From: Chiloscyllium plagiosum | Taxonomy: Eukaryota | DNA length: 64,000 bases | Assembly: GCF_004010195.1 (NCBI RefSeq) | Contig: NC_057728.1 | Location: forward strand, 54,507,622 to 54,571,621 | Reading direction: 5' to 3' | In this document: positions 1 to 11,365 of the stretch, one piece after another | Layout: the number at the start of each line of letters is the position of its first letter | Numbering within the stretch: position 1 is the first letter of the stretch | Translations under genes and position numbers: made by a program | Notes under the pieces: model-generated | Told to the model about the DNA's origin: nothing | The model's input: only the letters and a program-made list of their open reading frames with translations | Database searches by the model: none

Positions 1-257
1 CCAACATGCCCCCCCACCTCCACTAACTTCTCCTTCTCACACTCCACCAACATCCTACCTCCTCCCTGGATAAACCCCTGCTCTTCTCCATCATCCCCTA
101 CCACTTAAGGTTCTGTCAACAGTCAAATGTGCTCATTAAACCCAACCTCTACTGTAAAATTACAGAGATGGCACTGAAAACCTTGCTGCCTAGCAACTAT
201 CCACACTGAGATTCCCAGTTGAGATAGCTGGACCTTCCCAGCTGTTCAGTCACTTTT

Positions 258-590
258 CAGCACAAGCGTGGATATTGTCCAGGACATGTTGCATTTGACA
301 TGGACCGCTTCAGTATGTGAGAAGTTGTGAATGGTGCTGAATATTGTACAATCGTTGGTGGACATCCCCACTTCTGACCTTGTCATGAAAGGAAGGTCAT
401 TGACGAAGTAGTCAAAGATGGGTTGGGCCTGGGACACTATTGTGGGAAACTAGGGTTCTCGTGGTAAAATGCATCATAACATCTCTGAACATTTGAATAA
501 TTAGCCTGAGGAGCTCCTGCAGGAGCTGCGATGATGGACCTCCAACAGCCACAACCATCTTCCTATGGGTATCGTCCTCCTTAACCCACT
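258..590 (-). mobile_element. CR1/L2-group LINE, decayed RT fragment
   Basis: Minus translation 'FVNDLPFMTRSEVGMSTNDCTIFSTI' is a degenerate INDLP...FADD RT core. Same family at 3215, 15820, 27310, 31125 and 48075. Confidence 0.8.
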
Positions 591-883
591 CCCGTAAATA
601 GTCACTTGATGACTGAAGCAGACATGATGGACTGAATGGCCTTTTACAGAGCTGTATAAACTCTATGACTCTTAAAAACAACAACATTGTAAACCAGATT
701 TGTGAATGATAGTCCACAGCAGTAAGAGTATAAACCACCAGAAAAAGGGTTGTTTGTCAATTGTACTCATTCGAGACATCCAGCCAATGTGGTTTAGCAG
801 TCAGTTGCATTTCCCTTCAGTCAGTTCCGGGACACTATTGCCCTCATGAAACAGTCTGTTGAAGTTCCTGTGGTTCCATTGGT

Positions 884-920
884 CATATATATATATATAT
901 ATGTACATACATACATGTAA
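884..920. repeat. (TA)n/(TACA)n microsatellite
   Basis: catatatatatatatatatgtacatacatacatg. Confidence 0.85.
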
Positions 921-1399
921 AATGTACAGCTGCAATTCCTTCTGTGGTTCAGAGCAACAAAGCGTGATGCACTGCAAAAAAATATCTTTTATGCCTTTGG
1001 TAAACTCAACAGTCAGAGAAAACCCTATGTTTCTTTCTGGCAACCTGCAGTGGCTGACACGGCTGGTTTGCACACATGACTGCAACACCAGTGGTCAGCA
1101 CCAACACTGAATTTTTGCATAGGTGTCATGAGTTACATTTCAGTGCATGTGTGCATTGCCTTCCCTGAACCCAATTTCCTGTTTGGGTTGCAGCTGCAGT
1201 AATTGAATTATTAATAATGAAAAAAATGTATGTGTGCACTCAGGGTTTAACCACAATTAGGATACTAATCTTCTATGGATCAGAATGCTTACTGGAACCC
1301 TTGCCCGTGTCTTTGTGACCTCTAGAGTTCACTCTTCCAAAGTTCTTTTGGGAAACGTCAGCTCATATAAAACACTGCTGCCTGGGTTCTAAGTTGCAC

Positions 1400-1555
1400 T
1401 GAGTTCCCTTCACCCATCACTCCTGTGTTGTCTGACCTCCACTAGTTCTCAATTAATTAACACCTGGATTTTAAGTTTCTCATCCTTATTGTCAAGTCTC
1501 TCCAAAAGCTCAGTGCTCCCGATCGCTGTAATCTCCTTTATCCCATTAACCCTTC
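1400..1555 (+). mobile_element. L2 LINE ORF2 C-terminal fragment
   Basis: Translates as PITPVLSDLH*FSIN*HLDFKFLILIVKSL, matching the L2 'PITPVL.LHWLP...FKIL' motif. Confidence 0.7.
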
Positions 1556-1571
1556 CTCGGAATCCCCCCAA

Positions 1572-1648
1572 TCCAAAATGTTAACTCTGATTTCTCTCCA
1601 CAGATGCTGCCAAACCTGCTGACCTTTTCCAGCCATTTCTATTTTTGG
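1572..1648 (+). mobile_element. Short PLE-derived terminal fragment
   Basis: aaaatgttaactctgatttctctccacagatgctgcc...ttttccagc, matching the right arm of 61587-61785. Confidence 0.55.
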
Positions 1649-1649
1649 C

Positions 1650-1902
1650 CCCCACCCCTATCCTATCCTTGTCACTCTACATTCCCTTTAACTAGCCTAC
1701 ACATCCCTGGATACTATGTGGCAGTCCACTTAACCTGCACATTTTTAGACTGTGGGAGAAACTGGAGCACCCAGCAGAAACCTACTCAGACACGGGGAGA
1801 GCGTAGAAACTCCGCACGGACAGGCGTCTGAGGCTGGAACCAAACCCAGGTCCCCGGCACTGTGAGGCAGCCGTGCTAACCACTGAGCCACTGTGCCACC
1901 CT
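1650..1902 (-). mobile_element. HE1-type SINE (tRNA-derived V-SINE), 3'-truncated
   Basis: Reverse complement starts gggtggcacagtggctcagtggttagcac (A box) and has ggtttggttcc (B box). Core gactgtgggagaaactggagcac. Confidence 0.85.
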
Positions 1903-2001
1903 AATCAACACTTAGCTAACATTAAAGCCCTTCAGAACATAAAGTTGAGAAATAAAGGAACCAAGTTCTGAGTTACTGCCACCCCGAGCCGAGAGACTCA
2001 C

Positions 2002-2067
2002 ACGTGCGACCGAGAGATCGATGCAAGAGTCTGCCATGGGCCAAGAGGATGCCTTACCCGGTCCACG
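2002..2067 (-). other. Candidate small exon of an unidentified minus-strand gene (10 nt or 66 nt)
   Basis: About 60-nt pyrimidine tract ending ctcag|, then CGTGGACCGG|gtaagg (donor after 2058) or a 66-nt exon ending |gtgagt (donor after 2002). Locally CpG-rich unique sequence. Confidence 0.35.
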
Positions 2068-2157
2068 CTGAGGTTAGGAGTGAAGATAAGGAGAAAGGAA
2101 ACACCGAGAGAAAATAGAAAAGACAAAGCAATGAGGAAGAAACAGACTGAGCTACAG

Positions 2158-2212
2158 AATCATAGAATCCCTACAGTGTGGAAACAGGCCATTCGGCCCA
2201 ACAAGTTCACAC
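2158..2212 (-). mobile_element. HE1-type SINE 3' tail fragment
   Basis: catagaatccctacagtgtggaaacaggccattcggcccaacaag. Confidence 0.7.
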
Positions 2213-2524
2213 CTCTGGCTGAAGCGCCCTACTCTGCCACCATCTTTGTGGAAACCAAGCAATTAATGTGTCTTGATGCTGTTAAAGGCACCATATAAAT
2301 GCACATTCTTTCTCCTCTACAGACCAAATATGAAAATAAATGTGAATAACTGCCTGTGAAACTGCTATTATTATTTATTAGATTATCTCTCTGATCTCAC
2401 CAAAGAACATCCCTCCAAGCTTTATTTCACACCTGGAACCTATCCTATCTCGCTAAATTGAAAGTTACCTATTAATCATTAATCCCTATTGAACAGGGAT
2501 TAATTATCAATACAAACATTAGAC

Positions 2525-2742
2525 AAGGGGTTTCCAATGTGGGGCTTGGGACCCCCAAGTCAATTCATGAGCTAATATTTTGGGGTTTTGAGATCCAACG
2601 CAGGAAAGGCTATCAGACCAAGTTACAGCAGCTATATCTCCCACTCTAACAAGCCCTCATTCTCGCAGTTCTCCCTGCGGGGTTGTGACAATTCTCAAGC
2701 CTTGAAATGGGGTCAAAGTGTGAACAGGTTTGGGAAGCATTG
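2525..2742. mobile_element. hAT (Charlie-like) MITE
   Basis: Imperfect TIRs aaggggtttccaa / ttgggaagcattg. 8-bp TSD cattagac (2517-2524) / cactagac (2743-2750) with a central (C)TAG. Confidence 0.65.
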
Positions 2743-3059
2743 CACTAGACCTTGGGAAGTCTGTGAATTGTCACTTGGTTGCACTGGAAGAGGAAGAACT
2801 CCTCTGTTCCCACTGAAGTCAGGGTCAAATTGAAGGCATCCATTTTCATCACCGTAGCCCATGGCTGCATCCTGTTTTTATATCCTTGAATTTAAAAAAA
2901 AATTGGAACTTCTAATGAGTTTCAGAATGGCAAGTGCCATTTGTTCCAAACTGGTTGGAGAGACAAAGGAAAATCAGAGCTGAGGATCTTGAAAGGAAAA
3001 AAAAAGTCAGGGTTTCCTGGCCTTCTGAAAAGGAAGCAAAGAACAAATATGAAAACTCA

Positions 3060-3170
3060 TGTCACAGAGTCATGGAGTTTTACAGCAGGGAAAGAGTCCC
3101 TTCAGCCCATCATGTCTGTGGCTGTCATCAAGCACCTACTTACCCTAATCCCATTTCACAATGTGTAGCA
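3060..3170 (-). mobile_element. CR1 3' tail fragment
   Basis: gtcacagagtcatggagttttacagc...cccttcagcccatc is the reverse of a CR1 3' end. Confidence 0.6.
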
Positions 3171-3214
3171 CCTTTCATGACTCCTCAGATACTGAAAGCA
3201 GCCCATCTCCAAAG

Positions 3215-4010
3215 GTAGCCAGACTCAAACAATATCCAGGTTTGGGCTGACAAATATCATTTACACCTTAGAAGTGCTAGGCAATGACCATTTCCAAAAA
3301 TGGAGAATCTCACCATCACCCTTGACATTCAATTGCATTGCCAATGCTCAAAGCCCCACTATCAACATCCTTGAGTTTGCCATAGATTCATAAACTCCAC
3401 TGTAGCCATAAACATACAATGGCTATAACAGCAGGTCAGTAGGTATGAATACTGCAGCGAGGAACTCATCTCCTGACTGTCCAAAGCCTGTTCACAAGTC
3501 AGGAGTGTGATGTAATGCTCCCCACTTGCCCAGATGACTACAGCTCCAGAAACACTCAAGAAGCTGGACACCATCCAGGATAAAAGCGTCCGCTTATTTG
3601 GCACCAATTCCACAAACATCCATTCCCTCCATCACTGACACTTAGTAGCAGTAGTGTGTGTACTATCTACAAAATGCACTGCAGAAATTCACCAAAGATC
3701 CTCAGACAGCACCTTCCAAACCCATGACCAAGTCCATCTAGAAGTACAAAGGCACCAGATACATGGGGATACCACCACCTATAGGTTCTCCTCCAAGTCA
3801 GTCACCATTCTGACTTAGAAATATGTCACCAGTCCTTCACTGTCACTGGATCACAATCCTGGAATTCCCTCCCTAATAGCATTGTGGGTGTACATACACC
3901 AACTCAGTCACAGCAATTCAAGAAGGCAGCTCACCATTGTCATCTCAAGGACAGTTAGGAAGCGGCTTGCCCAACCAGCAAAGTGCACATCATGTAAATG
4001 ATTTTTTTTC
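3215..4010 (+). mobile_element. CR1/L2-group LINE 3' portion
   Basis: 'NNIQVWADK', 'QVRSVM*CSPLA', 'KKLDTIQDK', then tail ttcaagaaggcagctcacca...aagtgcacatc and a T/A run. Confidence 0.8.
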
Positions 4011-4776
4011 AAGAAAAGCCCATCCATGAAGTTTTGCTTCCCCCAAAACAAGGCATCCCAAAGTAAGGGGTCATGGTCAGAACTGGGGTTACAGAAACAG
4101 TTGCCATGGAAAAGCCCCCACACCACTCATACTGTGACTGCAGATCCACTCACAATTGGTACTTGGATGTCATGGCAATTCTTTACACCTCCAGATGGAA
4201 ACCCAGCGGGACAAAGTCTGGAAAGTTCTATCTTAGTACCCGCTTGCATCTTGCCACCTACTTTCACTGATGCCACTTCTGCCAACATCCCCTGGATTAT
4301 ATGGGTCATGGTGCAGATGGCAGACTGAAACCACACTGTAGTTGCCAAATATGCTTGTGCTGGCCCTGGGTCAGCTTTGGGTCCCCTATTTGACCGTCTG
4401 CCAATATCCACTGAATCGGACAGGAAAATAGAGTTACGACCACATCCAAATCCTCCATGACTTTATTGATCAGGCTTGATGGGTCAAGCGATCAATTCCT
4501 CCTCCTACATCCTCCATTCTTATGGAATAAACCTTTCTCGTATAATCGTACAGACAACATCTGCATCAAACACCACCTGGAAATTGCAAATTGAGTCCAA
4601 GAACAGTGTAGATCCAATGAACCAAAGGGAGTCTTCTGTACTGTATGATTCTATGATACTACATAGTGTACAGTGGCACTCTTGCCTCAGTCAGGATTCA
4701 GCAATTTTTGAGAAGATTTGTAGCTCAGGTTGATGATAAGTATGTAGGTTAGCTCGCTGAGCTGGAAGGTTTGTTT

Positions 4777-4817
4777 TCAGACGTTTCGTCACCATACTAG
4801 GTAACATCATCAGTGAG
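4777..4817 (-). ncRNA. Minimal hammerhead ribozyme motif (PLE-associated)
   Basis: Reverse complement uca-CUGAUGA-u-GUUACC-uaguau-GGUGAC-GAAA-C-GUC-uga: intact core, 6-bp stem II, GUC triplet. Confidence 0.75.
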
Positions 4818-5232
4818 AGTCTCCGGTGAAGCGCTGGTGGTATATCCTGCCTCTCTATTGAGAGATCTTGGTTTCTTAAGGTGGATGATGTCATCTCCGG
4901 TCCTTTTGTTTCAAGGGAAGGTAAATGGGATCTAAATCAATGTGTTTATTGATGGAGTTCTGGTTAGAATGCCATGCCTCTAAGAACTCTCGTGCGTGTC
5001 TTTGTTTCAATGTCCTTGGATGCGTGTGTTGTCCAAGTCAAAGTGGTATCCTTCTCTTTCTGTGTGTGTAGAAACTAGTGAGAGTGGGTCATGTATTTTT
5101 ATGGCTAATTGGTGGCAAGTTTCCTGCTTGTTTGTCCGATGTAGTGTTTTTTTACAATTCTTGCATGGTATCTTGTAAGTGACATTAGTTTGCTGGTAGT
5201 ATCTAATGGATCCTTTAGGTTCATTAGTCGCT

Positions 5233-6600
5233 AGTAATTATAGATCAGTGAGCCTTACTTCAGTTGTTGGTAAAGTGTTGGAAAAGGTTATAAGAGATAG
5301 GATTTATAATCATCTCGGAAAGAATAATTTGATTAGGGATAGTCAGCACGGTTTTGTGAAGGGTAGGTCGTGCCTCACAAACCTTATTGAGTTCTTTGAG
5401 AAGGTGACCAAACAGGTAGATGAGAGTAAACCGGTTGATGTGGTGTATATGGATTTCAGCAAGGAATTTGATAAGGTTGTCCATTGTACAAAATGTGGAG
5501 GAATGGGATTGTAGGAGACATAGCAGTTTGGATCAGTTTGGCTTGCTCAAAGAAGACAGAGGGTGGTGGTTGATGGAAAATGTTCATCCTGGAGTGCAGT
5601 TACTAGTGGTGTACCGCAAGGGTCGGTGTTGGATCCCCTGCTGCTTATAAACGACCTGGATGAGGGCGTAGAAGGGTGGGTCATAATTTTTATAAACGAC
5701 CTGGATGATGGCGTAGAAGGGTGGGTTAGAAAATTTGCAGACGACACTAAGGTCGGTGGAGTTGTGGATAGTGGCGAAGGATGTTGTAGGTTACAGAGAG
5801 ACATAGAGCTAAAGAGCTGGGCTGAGAGATGGCAACTGGATGCAGACAAGTATGAGGTGATTCACTTTGGTCGGAGTAAGTACTGGGCTAATGGTAAGAT
5901 TCTTGGTAGTGTAGATGAGCAGAGAGATCTCAGTGTCCATGTACACAGATCCTTGAAAGTTGCCACCCAGGTTAAGAAGGCATACAGTGTTTTAGCTTTT
6001 ATTTATAGAGGGATTGAGTTCCAGAACCATGAGGTTATGCTGCAGTTGTACAAAACTCTAGTGCGGCTGCACTTGGAGTATTGTGTACAGTTCTGGTCAC
6101 CGCATTATAAGAAGGATGTGGAAGCTTTGGAAAGGGTGCAGAGGAGATTTACCAGGATGTTGCCGCGTATGGAGGGAAGGTCTTATGAGGAAAGGCTGAG
6201 GGACTTGAGGCTGTTTTCATTAGAGAGAAGAAAGTTGAGAGGTGACTTAAAAGAGAAATATAAGATAATCAGAGGGTTAGATAGGGTGGACTGGGAGAGC
6301 CTTTTTCCAAGTACGGTGATGGCGAGCATGAGGGGGCATAGCTTTAAATTGAGGGGTGATAGATATAGGACAGAAGTCAGAGGTAGTTTCTTTACTCAGA
6401 GGGTAATAAGCGTATGGAATGCTTTGCCTGCAACGGTAGTAGATTCGCCAACTTCAAGTACATTTAAGTCGTCATTGGACAAGCATATGGGCAAACATGG
6501 AATAGTGTAGGTTAGATGGGCTTCAGATTGGTATGACAGGTCGGCACAACATTGAGGGCTGAAGGGCCTGTACTGTGCTGTAATGTTCTATGTTCTATGT
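5233..6600 (+). mobile_element. CR1 LINE, 5'-truncated, RT to 3' tail
   Basis: ORFs 5206-5514 (NYRSVSLTS, QHGFVKGRSCLTNL, YMDFSK) and 5563-6510 (SGVPQGSVL, FADDTK, HLEYCVQFWSP). Ends in (ttctatg)n. Confidence 0.95.
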
Positions 6601-7746
6601 TTAAGTGTATTGGTAGGTTTGTGAGCTACCTTGATGCCAAGGGGCCTGAGTAGTCTGGAAGTCAATTCTGATATATCTTTGATGTAAAGTAATGTGGCTA
6701 GAGTTTTTGGTTGCGTTGTGTCTACTTGTTTGGGTTTGTTTCTGAGGAATTGGTGGACTGTGTTTATTGGGTACTCGTTTTTCTTTAAAACGTTGTATAG
6801 CTATTTAGCTTCTGCTGTTTGTAGTTCCTGGGTGCTGCAGTGTGATATAGCTCATTGAAATAATATCTTAATGTAACTCCGTTTGTGGGTGTTGGGATGA
6901 TTGCTTTGGAAGTTAAGTATTTGGTCTGCATTTGTTGTTTTTCTTAGACGCTGGTTTGAAGCTCTCTGTTAACTGAACGTTCAACTGTCACATCTAGAAA
7001 TGGGAGTCTGTTGTCATTCTCCTCCTCTTCTGTGAATTTTATGCCAGTCAGGATATTGTTGATGGTGTTGCATGTTTCCTCTAATTTGTTCCATTTTGTA
7101 ATGACAAAGGTGGCATTTACCTAGCGGACCCAGAGTTTGGGTTAGATAGATGGGAGGGCAGCTTGTTCAAGTCTCTGCATTACTGCTTATGCTATGAGCT
7201 CTAATGTGATCCCATTGGTGTTCTGTTGACTTGTTTGTAGGTTTCGTTATTGAATGTGAAGTGGGTGGTGAGGCTCAGGTCCACTAGCTTGAGGATATTG
7301 TCTTTGCTGATAAAGTTGGTGTAGATTCAGTTCTCAGTCCAGGGATTTGAGCACAAAATCACTCTGCAATCGAGTATAATAGCAAGAGAGGTGCTGCAAT
7401 GTCAGAGGTGCTGTCTTTCAGACGGGCTGTGAGATGGCAGACCAGGCTTCCCTCTCAGGTGTATGTAAAAATTCTCATGGCACTACTCAAAGACGTTCAG
7501 CGAAGACGTTTTTCCCAATGTCCCGGCCAACAGTTATCCCTCAAACAACATCACAAAGATAAAAATTAAACTACTTGATCATTATCACATTACTGTTTAT
7601 GAGAATTTAGTATAAGCAAATTAGCTGCTGTGTTTTTGATATTGCAACTGCGATGTCACTTCAGAAGGTATTTGATCAAGTGTGAAGCACTTTGGAAGGC
7701 CTGAGGTTGTGAAAAATGCAATGCTGCTTTCAAATTTTCTCTTTAA

Positions 7747-8075
7747 TAGAATCCCTACAGTGCGGAAAGAGGCCCTGCGGACCAACAAGTCCACACCGAC
7801 TCTCCAAAGAGTAACCCACCCAGACCCATTCTCCCTACCCTATTACCCTATATTTACCCCTGACTAATTCACCTAACTTACACATCCTTGAGCACTATAA
7901 GCAATTTAGCATGGCCAGTTCACCTCATCTGCACATCTTTGGATTGTGGGAGGAAACCAGAGCACCTGGAGGAAACCCACACAGACACGGGGAGAATGTG
8001 CAAACTCCACACAGACAGTCACCTAAGGCTGGAATCGAACCCAGGTCCCTGGTGCTATGAGGCTAACCACTGAGC
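7747..8075 (-). mobile_element. HE1-type SINE
   Basis: tagaatccctacag...ggattgtgggaggaaaccagagcacctggaggaaacccac...gctaaccactgag. Confidence 0.9.
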
Positions 8076-8679
8076 GTTCTTTTACAGCTATTAGCTTAAG
8101 TGCTTGTAGCTGTTAGAAAATTACTCATTACCCACCTTAGAAGTGTTATCCATCTGTGCTAATGTGTTTGTTTTGCTAAGAATGTCGAAAGGGAGGACAG
8201 AGCAGGTTTAAGCTGCATTGAAAACTACATGGTTATAAATAATACAGAAATGGTACACCATAAGGTCAATCAGGCTATCATGTCAACACTAGGCCTTTGA
8301 AAGTATTTATCCAATTTCCTTTTAAAAGTTATTAATGACTTCTCATCCTCCAGCCTGTCAGGAAGTATATTCCAGATCACAGCAACTTGCTGATGATCAG
8401 TAATTGTCTTCTTCTATCCCACTGATTCTTTTGCTGATTATCTTGTATCAGTATTAAGTTGCCACTAAACAAGATTTCTTCTTTTTGACTAGGCTTGGTT
8501 ATTTGACAATTGAAAGATTCCCGTCAGGCAAAATAGTAAGAATTGTTGAATTGAAGTGAGTAGCAGGAGTTATGATGCAGATCAGTCATTGAACAGCAAA
8601 CAGGCTCAAAGGGAGCATCCTCCTGGTCCTATGATCCTGAAACTTGAATGTTTGTCTCCTATGAGCATGTTAAAACATA

Positions 8680-9225
8680 TAGTTACCCAGGTACTGGAGC
8701 TCAATTTCTGAAATTGAAGTTTTGGATTGAAGACACTGTTACGTTGAACAGTTTCCCATCTATTTTGTCGACTATCAGCTCTCCTGTGGATCATTTGCTG
8801 GATATTGTCATGAAGAAAATGGAAAAGTGAATTAATGCAATGATACAGTCATGTTCGACCCCAGCCTTCACTGAGATAGGGTCTGTGGCAGACCCATCGA
8901 TGAGGATAATGACTTACATTGATCATCACGGAGTAGTTGAAGATTGGGCAGCTACTGCAGGTAGCCATATTTGAGGAAGAGACTTTACAATTCACGGAAC
9001 CACAGGTTGAGAAGGGCCCTGTGTAACGGTTGGTGATATCCCTTCCATTTTCCTTGGCTTTGCCACACAATGATGATCATGTTTGCAGGGCCTCTTGATG
9101 GGTGAAAACGTCCCTGTGATTCCTTGGCTACAGAGAGGAGACAGTTGAGGAACATCTTTGCAATGATCATCTCTGTAACAAGCAGCAGAAAGAGTCCTCC
9201 ATAGGAACCATAATCAGACAAGTCT
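8680..9225 (-). mobile_element. RTE-clade LINE RT remnant
   Basis: Minus translation IIAKMFLNCLL..ESQGRFHPSRGPANMII..QSQGKWKG..QPL and PISVKAGVEHDCIIA resembles RTE PESQCGFRP.RGT.DMIF..RQLQEKCREQ and GVKQGCV.AP. Confidence 0.75.
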
Positions 9226-9289
9226 GTAGCTCCCCAATTTCTCTCTCCTTTCTTTCTTAAACACTGCTACCTTACAACTTGCAACACAA

Positions 9290-10130
9290 TTTGAGAATCT
9301 ACAGAATAATACCAGTTAACCACAATTGCATCCATTATTATTGACTCCATTTATACTTCATGACCCTCTCTCACTAATATCCTTACATAAACATGAGGAA
9401 GGACACCACTTTGACTGGGACAACACATCCATCCTAGGACAAGGTAACAGAGACACGCACGAGAATTCCTAGAAGCATGGCATTCCAACTGGAACTCTAT
9501 CAACAAACACATTGAGTTAGACCCAATTTACCACCCCTTGAGAAAAAGAACAGGAAATGACATCACCACCGGAAATGATGTCACCACAGGAAATGACATC
9601 ACCAACCCAAAGACACCCAAACATATAAACAGAAAGCAGGAATTATCAACAGTGCTTCACGCAAAGGCCCACTGAAGATGTTACCTAGTTGGGTGATGAA
9701 AGGTCTAGAAACGAACCTTCCAGCTCAGCAAGCAACCTACATCCACAACTTCAACTGAGCTACAAATCTTCTCAAAACTCGCTCTATACTTCTTGTTGCC
9801 TCAGGAAGCAGCCAACATAATCAAAGACCCCTCCCACCCCGGTTATAACCTTCTCCAACCTCAACCATGGGGCTTAAGCACATGTACCAAAAGATTTAAG
9901 AGCAGCTTCTTCCCTGCTGTTATTAGACTTCTGAATGGACCTCTCAAATTTTAAATTTATTGTTGATCTCACTCTTTTTACCCCTTCTCTGCAGGCATAG
10001 CACTGCATTCCTCACTCTGTTCTATCACCCTTACACAGTTTGTATGGTATGATCAGCCTGTACTGCACACAAAACAAAACTTTTCACTGTACCCAGGTAC
10101 GTGACAATAATAAATCAAATCAAATCAAAA
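9290..10130 (+). mobile_element. Rex1/Babar LINE 3' end, split by a PLE piece
   Basis: gcagccaacataatcaaagacccctcccacccc (AANIIKDPSHP). Tail ttttcactgtacccaggtacgtgacaataataaatcaaatcaaatc. Confidence 0.8.
9360..9784 (+). mobile_element. PLE 3' fragment with degenerate hammerhead
   Basis: HHFDWDNTSILG and EFLEAWHSNWNSINKH, same family as 4702-7323. ctgaagatgttacc..ggtgatgaaa at about 9672-9701. TSD tatacttc (9352-9359 / 9785-9792). Confidence 0.85.
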
Positions 10131-10362
10131 CAAATATATATATAGCCACCTCTTTCAACACTCTGGGATGTGGATCATCAAGTCTACAGGATTTACCACC
10201 TTTCAATTCCATTAATTTCTCCACTACTGCATTAGTTTGCTAATATTCAGTTCCTTATCTGTGAGTATTCCCTAGAACCTCCTGCCCTGTATTTGGTGGA
10301 ATCTGATGATCATGTACCGGATTTATCAGCCACCTCAAAATCCGTCAAACTGAAATGGACGC

Positions 10363-10446
10363 AACACTGAGGGGCAGCCCAGGGAGAGGAAACACTGAGG
10401 GGCAGCCCAGGGAGAGGAAACACTGAGGGGCAGCCCAGGGAGAGGA
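10363..10446. repeat. Perfect 3 x 28-bp tandem repeat
   Basis: aacactgaggggcagcccagggagagga at 10363, 10391 and 10419. Confidence 0.95.
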
Positions 10447-11009
10447 GAATGTGCAGTTAATTTTCAGAAAATGGGAATTACCACAAACGAGGCAAACATG
10501 TTCATGATGGAGTGGAATAAGGTTCTTTGTATTCAGTATTCTGAACATTTCTCCCAGTGTGTACTTGGAATGTGAAATGTTTATTTGGAAATGTGAAGAC
10601 ATGTCAGGAACATTCATAGAGTTTTAGCAAGATTCACCAAGCTGTAATGGACAGAGCTTCAAAGAAATATTTTACCAAGGCTCAAAGGACAATTTGTATT
10701 TGTCTATGATTTAACAGCTCGGCACTAAATCTACCACTGGCCTGAAAGGAAAAGGGAATTTGTATCACGCTTCCCTTTCTGATGTAATCTCCAAAAATCC
10801 TCTCAAGCCCCCATTTTAATGAATATTTTCTATTTTAATTGAGCTGCTGCCTTAAACCAAAGAGGTTCTGTTAAGTGGGATTTGAAGAAATAAATTGCTT
10901 TCCTCAAAATATCCTCCAATTGTAATATCCTCCATAAAGATATTTAAAATATAACGAATAACTGTGCTGCTGAAAGATATTCTAATGACTTTGCGACATT
11001 AGCAATACA

Positions 11010-11365
11010 TGCTGTTTTCCCAGTAGCCAGTATTTTGATCTTAAAACTCCTGTCCTTGTTTCTAAATTCCTCTGTAGCCTCACCATTTTCTATCTCTGTA
11101 ACGTCACTAACCCTTCAACTCTCTGACATATATGTACTACTCTAATTTTGGCCTTTAATACATTCCAATTTTTGACTCCTGTCCATTGGTGTCTTCAGTT
11201 ATGTGGGGCTTAAGCTCAGGAAATCGCTCTCTGTACTTTCTGCCTCTCTACCTCACTTTCCTCCTTTAACCTTGTGACTAAGCTCTTGGTGATCTGTCTC
11301 ATATCCCTTAGCTGCCACAGTTATCTTATCGTACTCCTGGATATTTTGGTACATTAAAGGTTCCG
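11010..11365 (+). mobile_element. L2 LINE 3' fragment (old)
   Basis: cttaaaactcctgtccttgtttctaaattcc and ctgcctctctacctcactttcctccttt, similar to 1400 and 14180. Confidence 0.55.

Larger units (their letters stand above)
4702..7323 (-). mobile_element. Penelope-like element (RT + GIY-YIG, 5'-truncated, decayed), interrupted by a CR1
   Basis: Minus translation includes THFTFNNETYKQ, TPMGS, IKFTEEEENDNRLPFLDV and HYIGQTSRKL. The 3' region carries a hammerhead core. Confidence 0.9.
4672..7735 (+). mobile_element. DeuSINE/SacSINE1-like SINE split by a PLE (pieces 4672-4701 and 7324-7735)
   Basis: Head gtggcactcttgcctcagtcag resumes as ccagggatttgagcacaaaatc...gaggtgctgtctttcagac...tatccctcaaacaacatcac...cctgaggttgtgaaa. 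gattcag is repeated at both breaks. Confidence 0.7.

Noticed and set aside
2478..2504. 10-bp hairpin attaatccct/agggattaat
   Set aside because: Short and AT-rich, so plausible by chance. No associated feature.
4100..4330. Possible RTE endonuclease start (LTIGTW)
   Set aside because: Only one short motif matches and the downstream residues do not support it.
5563..6510. 315-aa RT ORF as an active or domesticated gene
   Set aside because: 5'-truncated CR1 with an upstream frameshift, small deletions and no endonuclease domain.
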